NCBI GenBank assembly: GCA_963727625.1
Contig: CAVSHR010000005.1
Location: 192,001 to 256,000, forward strand
Origin: an uncultured delta proteobacterium
GTDB taxonomy: Bacteria; Desulfobacterota; Binatia; UBA9968
DNA length: 64,000 nt
Reading direction: 5' to 3'
Part shown: positions 9,654 through 18,672 of the stretch, one piece after another
Position numbering within the stretch: the first letter of the stretch is position 1
Layout of the letters: every line of letters starts with the position of its first letter
The notes under the pieces: model-generated
Seen by the model: only the letters and a program-made list of their open reading frames with translations
Told to the model about the DNA's origin: nothing
Database searches by the model: none
Program-made: the position numbers and the translations under genes

Positions 9654-12080
9654 TTACGCCCTCCTCAATTTTACTTGCGTGTTGTTGAGCACGCCGAAGC
9701 CCCTTAAAATATCGGTCTCGTTCTCGATTAAATCGTTAGGGTTTGGCCCTTCGCCGCCGAACAATGGAATATGGACAATATCTGGAACAGTGCCGGAGTA
9801 TAATTTGGCGCGCAGTTTTATTCGGCCCTTTGCCGATTCGACCCACACCCAATCGTTCTGTTTGACACCTAGTGCCGCGGCCGTTTGGGGATGGATCTCC
9901 ACCCAACCTTCCCAGGAAGCCCGGAGGTGCACGGCTGGCTGTTCCAGCAGCCAAGGTTGGTTCTTGCCGCCGCCCATGGGCCGGCTCATCAGCCGGTAAG
10001 TATTGAGTCGAAGCGGAAACGACTCCGTTTTCTTGGCGCTCCGAATCGCCACCGCCGGCAGGTAAACTAAGTCCTCCGATTTGTCGGCGCCAAATTTCGC
10101 GAGCAGAGATTTGCGCGCATCTTGCGTCGGTGCGCGCTTGTCGAGCCATTGCTTGAGTCGCATGGAGTAAAATTCGAATTTCCCTGACGGTGTTTGCAGC
10201 AAAGCACCGCGACTCACCGGCAGGTTGCTCGGATCCCACCACGCTCCCCGCTGCAGCAAGGCATTCCAGAAAGCATTGTAGTCCTGGAATTCGGGCAGCC
10301 AGTAGCCCTGCCGCTCCAGGATCTTGCGGAGCGCTTCCTGGGAATTGACGGAAACGACGTAGCCTCGGCCGGCCTTGAAGAGCCCTTCCGCGCCTGCGTG
10401 GAGCAGTTCTTCAAAATTTTTCCACGGGAAATTTTTCGCCACCGTACCGCCGAGGGACTGCGCCAGCTGCAGGATCACGTCGGCGGTATTGCGCGACTGG
10501 TGCAGCGGCTTAGACGCAGGACGCGCGACGCTGAAACAAGTAAAGCCCGCCAGATGGTTGACCTGATCGTCTTGCCACCGCTCAAGGTAAGTCTGGTCGG
10601 GCAAAATAAGGTCCGCCATGGCGCTCGATTCGTCAAGGAAAGGTGTGAAGCTGACGATGAAAGGGATCTTCTTAAACGCCGCGGCGAATGCTTCCTTTGC
10701 CGGATGATTGGCGAGCGGGTTGGTGGCGAACAAGAATAAAGCGTTGACCGGGTAGGGCTTTCCACTCAAGATCCGTTGCGGCAAAAGCTGCGGCGCATCG
10801 TCAACCATAAAATAGTTTTTCTCGCCGGCGCCGTCGACCCGCGTCTGCGCCGCGCCTTGCCGCGCCGCCGCGTCGAGATCGAGCGCCGGTAACGGCATCA
10901 ACGGAAGTTCGCCTTGAGACCGTAATCCGCCTGTGACGCCGATGTTTCCGGCCAGGGCATTCAAGCTATGAATCGCCATGCGGGTGTAGATGTCATCGGA
11001 GCCGTAAGCCGGGCCGCGCTCGCCGATAACGATGGCGGGTTTGTTGGTCGCGAGACCGCGCGCAATTTCCAAGATGCTTTTCACCGGCACGCCGGTGGCA
11101 GCGGAGACCGTGAACAGGCCGTAATCCCTCAAGACGAGATTTTTAAAACCGAGATGCTGCTGTCCCTTGGGGTCGACCCAGTCTTCGAAGCCGAAAGTGG
11201 ATCGCTCGACGAATTTTTCGTCATAAAGCCCTTCGCGGATCAAGGCATTGGCGATGCCGAGGGCCAAGATTCCATCGGTTCCGGGGATGATGGGAATCCA
11301 CCGATCGGCCTTGATTGCCGTCGGCGAACGGCGCGGGTCGACCTGAACGAGCAAACCTCGTGGCCGATCGCCACTGCGGCGCAAGCGCGCGAACGCCTGT
11401 GATGCATGAACCGGCCCGACCCATGATTCCAGCAAGCTCGCGCCAAAGGAGAGGATGAACTGGGACTCCGCTAAATCGTAGGCGAGCGGCGTCGTCACTC
11501 CTTGCATGAGTTGATGCGCCAGCGCCGGCTTTTCCGGCGCAAAACAACGCAAGCGAATATAATTGGGCGTGCCGTAGGCTCGCGCGAATCGGTTCCACAA
11601 CTGATCGCGGTAACCGCGGTACTGCCCACCGAGGATCGCCACCGTGTGTGACAGTGCTTTCGCTCTGAGATCGGTCATACGCGCCGTGACCATGGACAAG
11701 GCCTCGTCCCAGCCAATGGAGCGGAATCGGCCCCGCTCACCGGCACGAACCAGCGGACCCTTGATACGATTGGGGTCGTAAAGAAGTTCCAGCCCGCCGA
11801 ACGCTTTAGGACAGACCGAACCGCGATTGATCGGATGAAACGGGTTTCCCGAGATTCCGCCAACTTCCCCGTCGAGCGTGCGCGCCAGCAAGCCGCAGCC
11901 ACCCGGGCACTGCTGGCAGATCGTCGGAACCACAACCTCCTCCGGCCTCGCCCACCGCTGCACGTCACCGGCGACCTGATCGACGGCAGAGAGCCGGTTT
12001 TGCATCAGAGCCGCCGCGCCCGCAGCACCGGTCAGGGTTTGAATGAATCGTCGTCGAGTAAAACGCATCGCACGCCTCAC
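9654..12080 (-). CDS. Tat-exported molybdopterin-oxidoreductase-fold subunit (QrcB/ActB1/PsrA-like)
   Basis: RRRFI Tat signal; FS0 motif CQQCPGGC...CPK; DPRRSPTA, PGTD, ADLILP..YLERW; C-terminal dinucleotide-binding domain. Confidence 0.9.
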   Translation of the reverse strand: MRRAMRFTRRRFIQTLTGAAGAAALMQNRLSAVDQVAGDVQRWARPEEVVVPTICQQCPGGCGLLARTLDGEVGGISGNPFHPINRGSVCPKAFGGLELLYDPNRIKGPLVRAGERGRFRSIGWDEALSMVTARMTDLRAKALSHTVAILGGQYRGYRDQLWNRFARAYGTPNYIRLRCFAPEKPALAHQLMQGVTTPLAYDLAESQFILSFGASLLESWVGPVHASQAFARLRRSGDRPRGLLVQVDPRRSPTAIKADRWIPIIPGTDGILALGIANALIREGLYDEKFVERSTFGFEDWVDPKGQQHLGFKNLVLRDYGLFTVSAATGVPVKSILEIARGLATNKPAIVIGERGPAYGSDDIYTRMAIHSLNALAGNIGVTGGLRSQGELPLMPLPALDLDAAARQGAAQTRVDGAGEKNYFMVDDAPQLLPQRILSGKPYPVNALFLFATNPLANHPAKEAFAAAFKKIPFIVSFTPFLDESSAMADLILPDQTYLERWQDDQVNHLAGFTCFSVARPASKPLHQSRNTADVILQLAQSLGGTVAKNFPWKNFEELLHAGAEGLFKAGRGYVVSVNSQEALRKILERQGYWLPEFQDYNAFWNALLQRGAWWDPSNLPVSRGALLQTPSGKFEFYSMRLKQWLDKRAPTQDARKSLLAKFGADKSEDLVYLPAVAIRSAKKTESFPLRLNTYRLMSRPMGGGKNQPWLLEQPAVHLRASWEGWVEIHPQTAAALGVKQNDWVWVESAKGRIKLRAKLYSGTVPDIVHIPLFGGEGPNPNDLIENETDILRGFGVLNNTQVKLRRA

Positions 12081-12742
12081 CTATGGCAAGTGACACAATC
12101 GTTAACTAAGCGCTGTCGCGAAACGGCGCTCGGATGCAAAGCACCGACCTTGGCACTGGCAAATGATTTAGTCTGCGTATGACAATCTATGCAATCCGCC
12201 ATTTTGAGACTTTTAAGCGGACGGGGCGGAGGACGATCGAGGGTTTCCATGGGGCCGTGGCATGATTGGCAAGCGAGCTTGGCGACCGATACATGGACTC
12301 GATGCGAGAAAAATACATGCGAGGGTAAGCGCCATACCCGTCGCCAAGGGATTTCTTGTCCCTTTTCACCAAAGGCCTTGAGCTTACGAATCTCCGGGCT
12401 TTTGGAATCCCCGCCGGCGTGGCAGGCAAGACATAACGCCGTGGGCGGCCGCCCGGCGACAAGATCCTTTTCGGCGCGCTGATGGCAACCCGTGCATGGA
12501 ATTTTTTGCGCGATATGTGTTTTATGGGGAAACTCGATGGGCTGCTTAACGGCTGGCGCGCCCCAATCGGCTCCGTAACCGAAGGCCAACGCGACCAAGA
12601 CAATTCCAAGGATTATGATTACTCGTTTCACCCGCAATCGTGCAGCCATTAACCCGCTACTACGCTCCTTGATCACACCGGCGATTTTAGAATCGATTAC
12701 CGCAAGCTGTGTGCCAGGAGTCTTAGCTGGGAGATTCGTCAC
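12077..12742 (-). CDS. Membrane-anchored pentaheme cytochrome c (ActA/QrcA-like)
   Basis: N-terminal TM; QPIEFPHKTH, CTGCH, CLACH, IPWRRVWRLP.HVFFSHRVH, CQSCH, CIDCH, CVTCH. Confidence 0.92.
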   Translation of the reverse strand: MTNLPAKTPGTQLAVIDSKIAGVIKERSSGLMAARLRVKRVIIILGIVLVALAFGYGADWGAPAVKQPIEFPHKTHIAQKIPCTGCHQRAEKDLVAGRPPTALCLACHAGGDSKSPEIRKLKAFGEKGQEIPWRRVWRLPSHVFFSHRVHVSVAKLACQSCHGPMETLDRPPPRPLKSLKMADCIDCHTQTKSFASAKVGALHPSAVSRQRLVNDCVTCHR

Positions 12743-12871
12743 GAAACGGCGATTATTTCCTGGAGATAAGAAATAATCTTAAAAACAGTCGCAGGTTTTG
12801 GAACCGCAAAAGAAAAAAACCGGTGCTAGTGAGGGCTTAAGAGAGAATCGCCGATATTGCGTCTGAGAGAA

Positions 12872-12910
12872 ACCCGCATCTCTCCGGCGAACCGCTGGAC
12901 AGATGCGGGT
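12872..12910 (-). terminator. Stem-loop between the monoheme cytochrome and the pentaheme gene; possible terminator or RNA-stabilising hairpin
   Basis: 10-bp perfect stem ACCCGCATCT...AGATGCGGGT, followed on the minus strand by only a short T-rich tract. Confidence 0.45.
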
Positions 12911-12925
12911 AAAGAAACTCGCAGG

Positions 12926-13303
12926 TTATTTAGCCGGCTTGTAAGGAGGATTGGCGATGCTACGAATATAGGCGACGACGTCCCAGATCTCTTGGTCGGT
13001 CAGCTTCTTTTTCGACGCCGGCATGAACGGCGCTTTTTTCATCGCCGCGCCGCCGTTTTTGATGATGTCAAACAAATACTTGTCGCTCAGCGCGTTCATC
13101 ACTTTGCCGTTAGTGTGATCCTGCGGTTTGGGATTCAAAGCGGCGGCGGCCGGTCCGTCGCCCTTGCCGGTAGCACCGTGACAGCCGACACAATTGGCAT
13201 CGTATTTGACTTTCCCGGCTTTAGCGTCGCCCTTCGTCTGAGCGAACGCCATACCTGAAAAAAGTGATACCACAAGCAAAGCCCAGGAAATTTTCCGGCT
13301 CAT
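12926..13303 (-). CDS. Periplasmic monoheme cytochrome c (MtoD-like position)
   Basis: Signal peptide, CVGCHG..GKGDGP, MPA..KKLTDQEIWDVVAYIR. Confidence 0.92.
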   Translation of the reverse strand: MSRKISWALLVVSLFSGMAFAQTKGDAKAGKVKYDANCVGCHGATGKGDGPAAAALNPKPQDHTNGKVMNALSDKYLFDIIKNGGAAMKKAPFMPASKKKLTDQEIWDVVAYIRSIANPPYKPAK

Positions 13304-13418
13304 TACCTAAGTCTCCCTTTTTGACCGTTTAGACGAATGCACTGCAGTTTTATTCGAACTCCCCCCATACTGGATTTAACCATCAAGATTCAACTACTCG
13401 CCAGTACCTAGACAGTAA

Positions 13419-15569
13419 CTAGAACTTGAACTTCAGCCCGATCATACCGACATGAGCCGTGTACGACCCTTTGAACTGATCACCGAGATAGATCGAGCGC
13501 AGTTGGCCTGAGTTCGTATCGAGATCTCCCATCCAGAGCTTCATGATGTCGACTCCGTAGTCTTTACTGTCAAAGCGATTGAAGTAATAGCCGACTTGCA
13601 GGGCAACATTTTTGTGTATCTGATATTCGAGCCGGGCAAGCAACTCATGCCAGGAGTTGCTGTTATTGGGCCAGTTCGGGTCCTCGTTCGTGTTGTGGTT
13701 GGTGATTTGGCTCACGCCCCGTGAGAATCCATACTGGATCCGAAATCCCAGAACGTTTTTGATGAGATCCACATCGCTGCCCAGGCTAAATGTATTGACG
13801 ACATCTTTGCCACGGCTGTGACTGGGGTCGTCATCATACTTCTGGTTCCAGCTAGACCAGTCGAAATTGTAATCGGCGAAGAACTTAAGCCATTCTAGCG
13901 GAGCATAAACAGCACCTATAGAGGGGGAGTAGTTCTGATCGTTGTGTAGGCGGCGGTCGACTTCAGGATAGTTATTGCTGAGGTAATCAAATCCAGCGTG
14001 GAAGCCGAGAGTCTCCCAGGGGCTGACGTCGGCGAACAGGCTGACTTTGTCCTGATTGCGTTTCGTCAGAAAGAACATCTGGCTACGGTTCTCGCCGTGG
14101 TAGCCCGGAGCGAAGCGCCAGGAATGTTGGTAGGATGCCCTGAGCAACAACCAGGAGAGCGGCCTGATGTCAACCGTCGGCTTGATCTTGAATTCGTCCT
14201 GGTTCAGGGGCTCGGTAAAGCCTCCATCCGCAATGTCGTTTATGGACCTGTGGGTTTTCTCCCAACTAAAATCAAACTTTCCCGTAAGCCACCGAGTGAA
14301 ACTATAGCCCGCTCCGACACCGGCACTATTCTTCGAGTACCGATAAGGATAGGCCATCATCCAATCGTTAGCGCCGGAAGCGCCCTGATCATTGCGCACC
14401 GTTCCATTGGTCGAGACCGGTTTGGTGCGGTTATCCAAGTCATAGAAGCGATAGTAGGCCTTCAGGTTCAAACGGTCGACGAATTTGTTGACAAAGGTAA
14501 GGTTGACCATCGTTGGCCGGACATCCCCCTCCAGGCTATTCCGGCTCAACATCGGCTGCGGTATGGCGCTGTTAATCGTGAAAGGTAAAAAGGAATCATC
14601 CTGAAGCCTCCAGCCGTATGAAACCGTGCCCAAAAAGTGGGTCTTCAGGGGAAGCTTGGCCGTTCCGGTCAGGGTAAAAGTATGGGCCTGGTTGCTGGGA
14701 TAAAGATCGACGCGCCCACGGCAAGGCCCTGCGCCGGTGGTGTAGTCAATGACCGCGGCGTCGGTGCATCCGGGCCCCGTGGCCGCCGGATTGTCAAAAA
14801 TAAGCGTGCTAATGTTGTTGTGGAAAACCGAACCGTTGTACTTAAGCCCCAGCGACCAGCCTTTGCCGGCATACTCTCCGCCAAGCTCGATATTGTGGGT
14901 CCGGTAGTCGATCGGTTCGGCAAGCTCGGTAATGCCGCTGGAGCTGCCTGTCCCAATTGGAAATGCGATCGCTCTTTTACCGTCCGTGTTTTGCTGCCAG
15001 TATTTGCCGGTGAAGCTCCATCCTGAGTTGGGTGTGTAGCGGACCGAGATCTTGCCGATCTTATTAAGCATCTTCAGGTCAATGTCTCTTGTGGTACTGG
15101 GGTCGTTGATCCAGTTTGAGAATGTCGTTGCGTCATCCGCAGTGGGTCTGCTACGCAACGTGTAGGTACCGCCCCTCATCCGAAAGGGAGTACGGGCGTT
15201 GTCGATATTAAAGACATGCGGGATCTGGTCCCACTCGAGCTCGACATTGAAGAGCCCATACCGACCGAAGCGCAAACTATAGTTCTGATCGTCGCGGCCC
15301 ACTGAGCCGGCGTCAAATTTGAAAAAGAAGTCCTGCTTCTTACTGCCGATCATCAACTCGAGTTGGGGCACGACAACGCTTTCTGGGATATCCCGGTATC
15401 CCTGGAACCTCGACTGATCGCCTTGAAACGCCCTTGGCAGCCCATCCACCTCCGCCGAACCACTGAGCGTGTAATTGCCGATGTCGATTTCCGCCCGGGC
15501 AGCAGAGGCCGAGACCAAAACGAGCGCAAGGCTTAAACTTACAATCAAGAAACTAGCTCTCCGTTCCAT
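13419..15569 (-). CDS. mtrB: MtrB/PioB-family outer-membrane beta-barrel porin
   Basis: Signal peptide, beta-strand pattern with C-terminal F, EPIDYRTH and PSNQAH motifs; directly downstream of a decaheme gene. Confidence 0.9.
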   Translation of the reverse strand: MERRASFLIVSLSLALVLVSASAARAEIDIGNYTLSGSAEVDGLPRAFQGDQSRFQGYRDIPESVVVPQLELMIGSKKQDFFFKFDAGSVGRDDQNYSLRFGRYGLFNVELEWDQIPHVFNIDNARTPFRMRGGTYTLRSRPTADDATTFSNWINDPSTTRDIDLKMLNKIGKISVRYTPNSGWSFTGKYWQQNTDGKRAIAFPIGTGSSSGITELAEPIDYRTHNIELGGEYAGKGWSLGLKYNGSVFHNNISTLIFDNPAATGPGCTDAAVIDYTTGAGPCRGRVDLYPSNQAHTFTLTGTAKLPLKTHFLGTVSYGWRLQDDSFLPFTINSAIPQPMLSRNSLEGDVRPTMVNLTFVNKFVDRLNLKAYYRFYDLDNRTKPVSTNGTVRNDQGASGANDWMMAYPYRYSKNSAGVGAGYSFTRWLTGKFDFSWEKTHRSINDIADGGFTEPLNQDEFKIKPTVDIRPLSWLLLRASYQHSWRFAPGYHGENRSQMFFLTKRNQDKVSLFADVSPWETLGFHAGFDYLSNNYPEVDRRLHNDQNYSPSIGAVYAPLEWLKFFADYNFDWSSWNQKYDDDPSHSRGKDVVNTFSLGSDVDLIKNVLGFRIQYGFSRGVSQITNHNTNEDPNWPNNSNSWHELLARLEYQIHKNVALQVGYYFNRFDSKDYGVDIMKLWMGDLDTNSGQLRSIYLGDQFKGSYTAHVGMIGLKFKF

Positions 15570-15580
15570 CTCAGACCTCC

Positions 15581-16519
15581 TTATCTCTGAAAGAACATTC
15601 CAGCCGGATGATTCGAGCCATGGATTTGGCTGTGACAGTTGGCGCAGCTCCGGTTGAAAAAGCCACGCTGGGTTTTCAGATCATTGGTTCTATGACCCGA
15701 GTGGCACTGGGTACAAAGCCTCGGCATGCGCACCTTGAGCAAACGGTCATTGACGCTGCCGTGCGGTTCGTGGCAATTGGTGCAATTATCAGAAACCGGC
15801 GGATGCTCAAAAAGAAATGGCCCGCGCCGCTCGGCGTGGCAGGTGTAACAGTTCTCGTTGACACTCGCCTGTATGAGCTGAGAAGGGTTCGGCGTTCCGT
15901 GCGGGTTATGGCAATCCGTACAGGTAATCTTTCCTTCCCTCATGGGCATGTGGGAAGAACGCATCAGCTGCGCTTTTCTCTGGAGATGACATTGGCCGCA
16001 AACCTCGGCTTCGGCCCGCTTGTTGTAGAATGGAGTCTTTTCTCCGACCTTGGCAAGCTGGTAGCGATCGGTGGTTTTTTCCATAATGGTGTGGCAATTG
16101 ACGCAGGCTATTCCCCGGCTCGCGTGCGGGCTTGCCTCCCAGTAGGTTTGGATACCGCGCTGGTGACAACCAAGACATGCTTCATTTTGGACTTTCGCCG
16201 ACTCCCCCGAGTCCTTGCGGAATGTGATCAGTCCGCCGACTCCTTTGCCGCCACCGGCCGCGACGTGGTTGCTTCCAGGACCGTGGCAGCTCTCGCACGC
16301 TTGTTTTTCCATCGCGTTACGCGGATTGTGCAGAAAAATCTTGCCCATGACGGTCTGCGAGAATTTTTCCACCTGCGCCCCGTGGCACGCTTGGCAAACT
16401 TCGCTGCCCATATAAGTAGCCGGGGCAGGCTTGGCCGCATCGGCCGAGGCCGACCACGCGAGTCGTGCGGACCCAACTAAAGATAATATAAAAATCGTGG
16501 CAATCACGGACCGCTTCAT
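15581..16519 (-). CDS. mtrA: DmsE/MtrA/PioA/MtoA-family decaheme cytochrome c
   Basis: 10 CxxCH; CESCHGPGS, SHMPMREGK.TCTDCHNPHG, RGPFLFEHPPV, IHGSNHP; start MKRSV after GGAGG (ORF track 16570). Confidence 0.95.
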   Translation of the reverse strand: MKRSVIATIFILSLVGSARLAWSASADAAKPAPATYMGSEVCQACHGAQVEKFSQTVMGKIFLHNPRNAMEKQACESCHGPGSNHVAAGGGKGVGGLITFRKDSGESAKVQNEACLGCHQRGIQTYWEASPHASRGIACVNCHTIMEKTTDRYQLAKVGEKTPFYNKRAEAEVCGQCHLQRKAQLMRSSHMPMREGKITCTDCHNPHGTPNPSQLIQASVNENCYTCHAERRGPFLFEHPPVSDNCTNCHEPHGSVNDRLLKVRMPRLCTQCHSGHRTNDLKTQRGFFNRSCANCHSQIHGSNHPAGMFFQR

Positions 16520-16607
16520 GAATCCTCCGTGGCGAATTTGGCAACAAGCGTTAAACAGATGATATGCCATAGGCTTATAGCACTGAGGAAATATCCAAGT
16601 CTATGGG

Positions 16608-16901
16608 TCAACTGGCCCAATTTTCGTCACTGTCTTGCAAATTCTGACGCCACAGCTCCAACGGACAGCTCACCTGTTTTCGCACCGGACAGCCATCGAG
16701 AGTTAGAGCGTAGATCGCCGCCTCGATGCGATTGCGCAAGCGCAGTTTCCGCAGAATATTTTCCACGTGGCGCTTCACGGTGGCCGGACTGATACGCAGG
16801 TCCGAGGCGATTTCGCGATTGGTTTTGGACCGCGAGATCAACCGCAGCACGCGTCCTTCGGCCGCGGTCAGGCCCTCTACCGTGCATTTAGAAACATTCA
16901 C
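16608..16901 (-). CDS. Stand-alone LuxR/NarL-type HTH regulator with C-terminal CP-x6-CP tail
   Basis: LTAAEGRVL..KTNREIA..L.ISPATVKRHVENILRKL..RNRIEAA; no receiver domain. Confidence 0.85.
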   Translation of the reverse strand: MNVSKCTVEGLTAAEGRVLRLISRSKTNREIASDLRISPATVKRHVENILRKLRLRNRIEAAIYALTLDGCPVRKQVSCPLELWRQNLQDSDENWAS

Positions 16902-17008
16902 AATTGGATTCCCTTACCTTTCCCGGACGATGATCCAGAGCCGCCAAACACGCCGCTCGCGGAGGGCCGAACACGAGCGGTGATCAGAAATATCGATGGA
17001 GCGAATGA

Positions 17009-17023
17009 GCAATGGTTATGCCA
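17009..17023 (-). promoter_or_regulatory. Sigma-54 -24/-12 promoter upstream of the LuxR gene
   Basis: Minus strand TGGCAT-AACCA-TTGC (GG-N10-GC), intergenic. Confidence 0.75.
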
Positions 17024-17166
17024 TAAACTTCATTTTGTTTTACGGTAACTTCCGCGACTCCCGGGAAAATTCTTTTGCATCTCTGCGAGTCCGTTGCAAA
17101 ACCAGTCGCAAAGTTAAGAAATTTTTCTTGAAAATCGCCGCCGACCGGCGGCAATTTTCTGGAGGT

Positions 17167-18294
17167 TTACCCGGCGACAGATACGCCGAACAACCAACCG
17201 ACGCAATAGGTGATCGCGGAAACGATCAGGCCGATGCCGAGCATGCGCGCGCCGCTGCGGATCGGACCGCGCGCGGTAAAGATCGACAGCACGGCGCCGA
17301 CACTGAACAAAGCGCAAAAACTCATCAAAGCACTAGCGATCCAAGCTTTGGTCCCGACGGTAATTAAATAGGGCGCCAGCGGCACGAAGGCGCCGACCAC
17401 GAAAGCGAAAAAGGAACTCGTGGCCGCGGTCCAGGGCGAACCGAGTCCCGCGGGATCGAGCCCAAGCTCCTCGCGCGCCAGCGTGTCGATCGCGGTCTTG
17501 GGATTTTGAATGATCCGGTGCGCCAACCACGACGCTTCCTGTTCGGGAATGCCCTTTGCTTGGTAAATTAAAGAGAGTTCCTCCTCCTCCTCCTTGGGCG
17601 ACATCTCCAACTCTTCTTTCTCGATCGCGATCTGTTGTTCGAACACCTCGCGCTGGGCGCGCACCGAAACATACTCGCCCGCGGCCATCGAAAACGAGCC
17701 GGCGAGCAATCCGGCAACGCCCGCGAGAATGATATATTCCGGTCTCGCCTCGGCGCCGGCAAAACCCATGACGAGGCTGAAATTAGATAAAAGCCCGTCG
17801 TTGACGCCGAACACTGCGGCGCGCAGCCCACCGCCGCCCGTCGAGACATGCCAGCGCTCGGTTTCCGCGATGTTATCCGCGCCCGATCCTTTTCCTTCCA
17901 TCGCCAGCAGCGTGCGGCTATGAGCCCGCTCCTCCGCCGGCAAGCCTTCGGCCTCGGGCTGGCGCATGTAACCCGCTTCGTCGCGGGCCTCCAGGCTGCT
18001 AATGATGGGAACTACCCGGTGGGTGCCGAAGCGCCGCGCCATCCAACCGAGCATGCGCACCCGAGCGGAGGGTTTGTGCGCCGGCACCGCGCCGCCGCCC
18101 GATTGAATCAGCTTGGCCCAGCGCTGCGCATGCCGCTCCTCGTTCTGCGCCAGCTTCTCGAAGATCTCCGCGCGCTTGTGATCTTTTTCCGCCGCGGCCA
18201 TGGCGCGATAAAGCGCAATACCGTCCTGTTCGACGACATAATTCGCCCGATAGCGCTCAATGTCCGCTGCCGTGATCGATGGTGGTTTTGCCAT
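17167..18294 (-). CDS. Ferritin/rubrerythrin-like domain fused to a VIT1/CCC1 transporter (MbfA-like iron exporter)
   Basis: N-terminal EQDG..LY, EERH, EERAH diiron-type motifs; C-terminal LRAAVFGVNDGL, SMAAGEYVSV, REELG, SPW; start MAKPP (ORF track 18378). Confidence 0.9.
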   Translation of the reverse strand: MAKPPSITAADIERYRANYVVEQDGIALYRAMAAAEKDHKRAEIFEKLAQNEERHAQRWAKLIQSGGGAVPAHKPSARVRMLGWMARRFGTHRVVPIISSLEARDEAGYMRQPEAEGLPAEERAHSRTLLAMEGKGSGADNIAETERWHVSTGGGGLRAAVFGVNDGLLSNFSLVMGFAGAEARPEYIILAGVAGLLAGSFSMAAGEYVSVRAQREVFEQQIAIEKEELEMSPKEEEEELSLIYQAKGIPEQEASWLAHRIIQNPKTAIDTLAREELGLDPAGLGSPWTAATSSFFAFVVGAFVPLAPYLITVGTKAWIASALMSFCALFSVGAVLSIFTARGPIRSGARMLGIGLIVSAITYCVGWLFGVSVAG

Positions 18295-18672
18295 TTTGAG
18301 AATCGCTGCAAAGGTACCGCGAATTCCGCCATGTACTGCTTGCCACAGCCCTCGCCCGCAAGTCAAATTGCGATCCACTGCACTGGACCCTGTTGTTACA
18401 ACGGAAATTTCGCGGACGCTCGCGCCTGGAGATGACCGCGCACGGCTTCTGCAATGCGCCGACGGACAGCATCTCGAATCGTGAACAACTTACTGCGAAC
18501 AGACGCAGGGGATCGCACGGCGGTGATAAGTAACATCCATTGACCCGAGGCTTTTCCTGTGCGCAGAATAGCATGCTACGGAGGAAAGCCGAGCAGCGAA
18601 TCTCGATTTAGCGGCAGATCTCCACCGAGGAGATCATTGATCCGCTGACGGCCGGAAGAGCGAGGACAAGCC

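Noticed and set aside
18560-18665. Superficial likeness to a c-di-AMP (ydaO) riboswitch or the RNase P 5' end (GAAT..CGGAGGAAAG)
   Set aside because: The required pairings and conserved 3' motifs are absent
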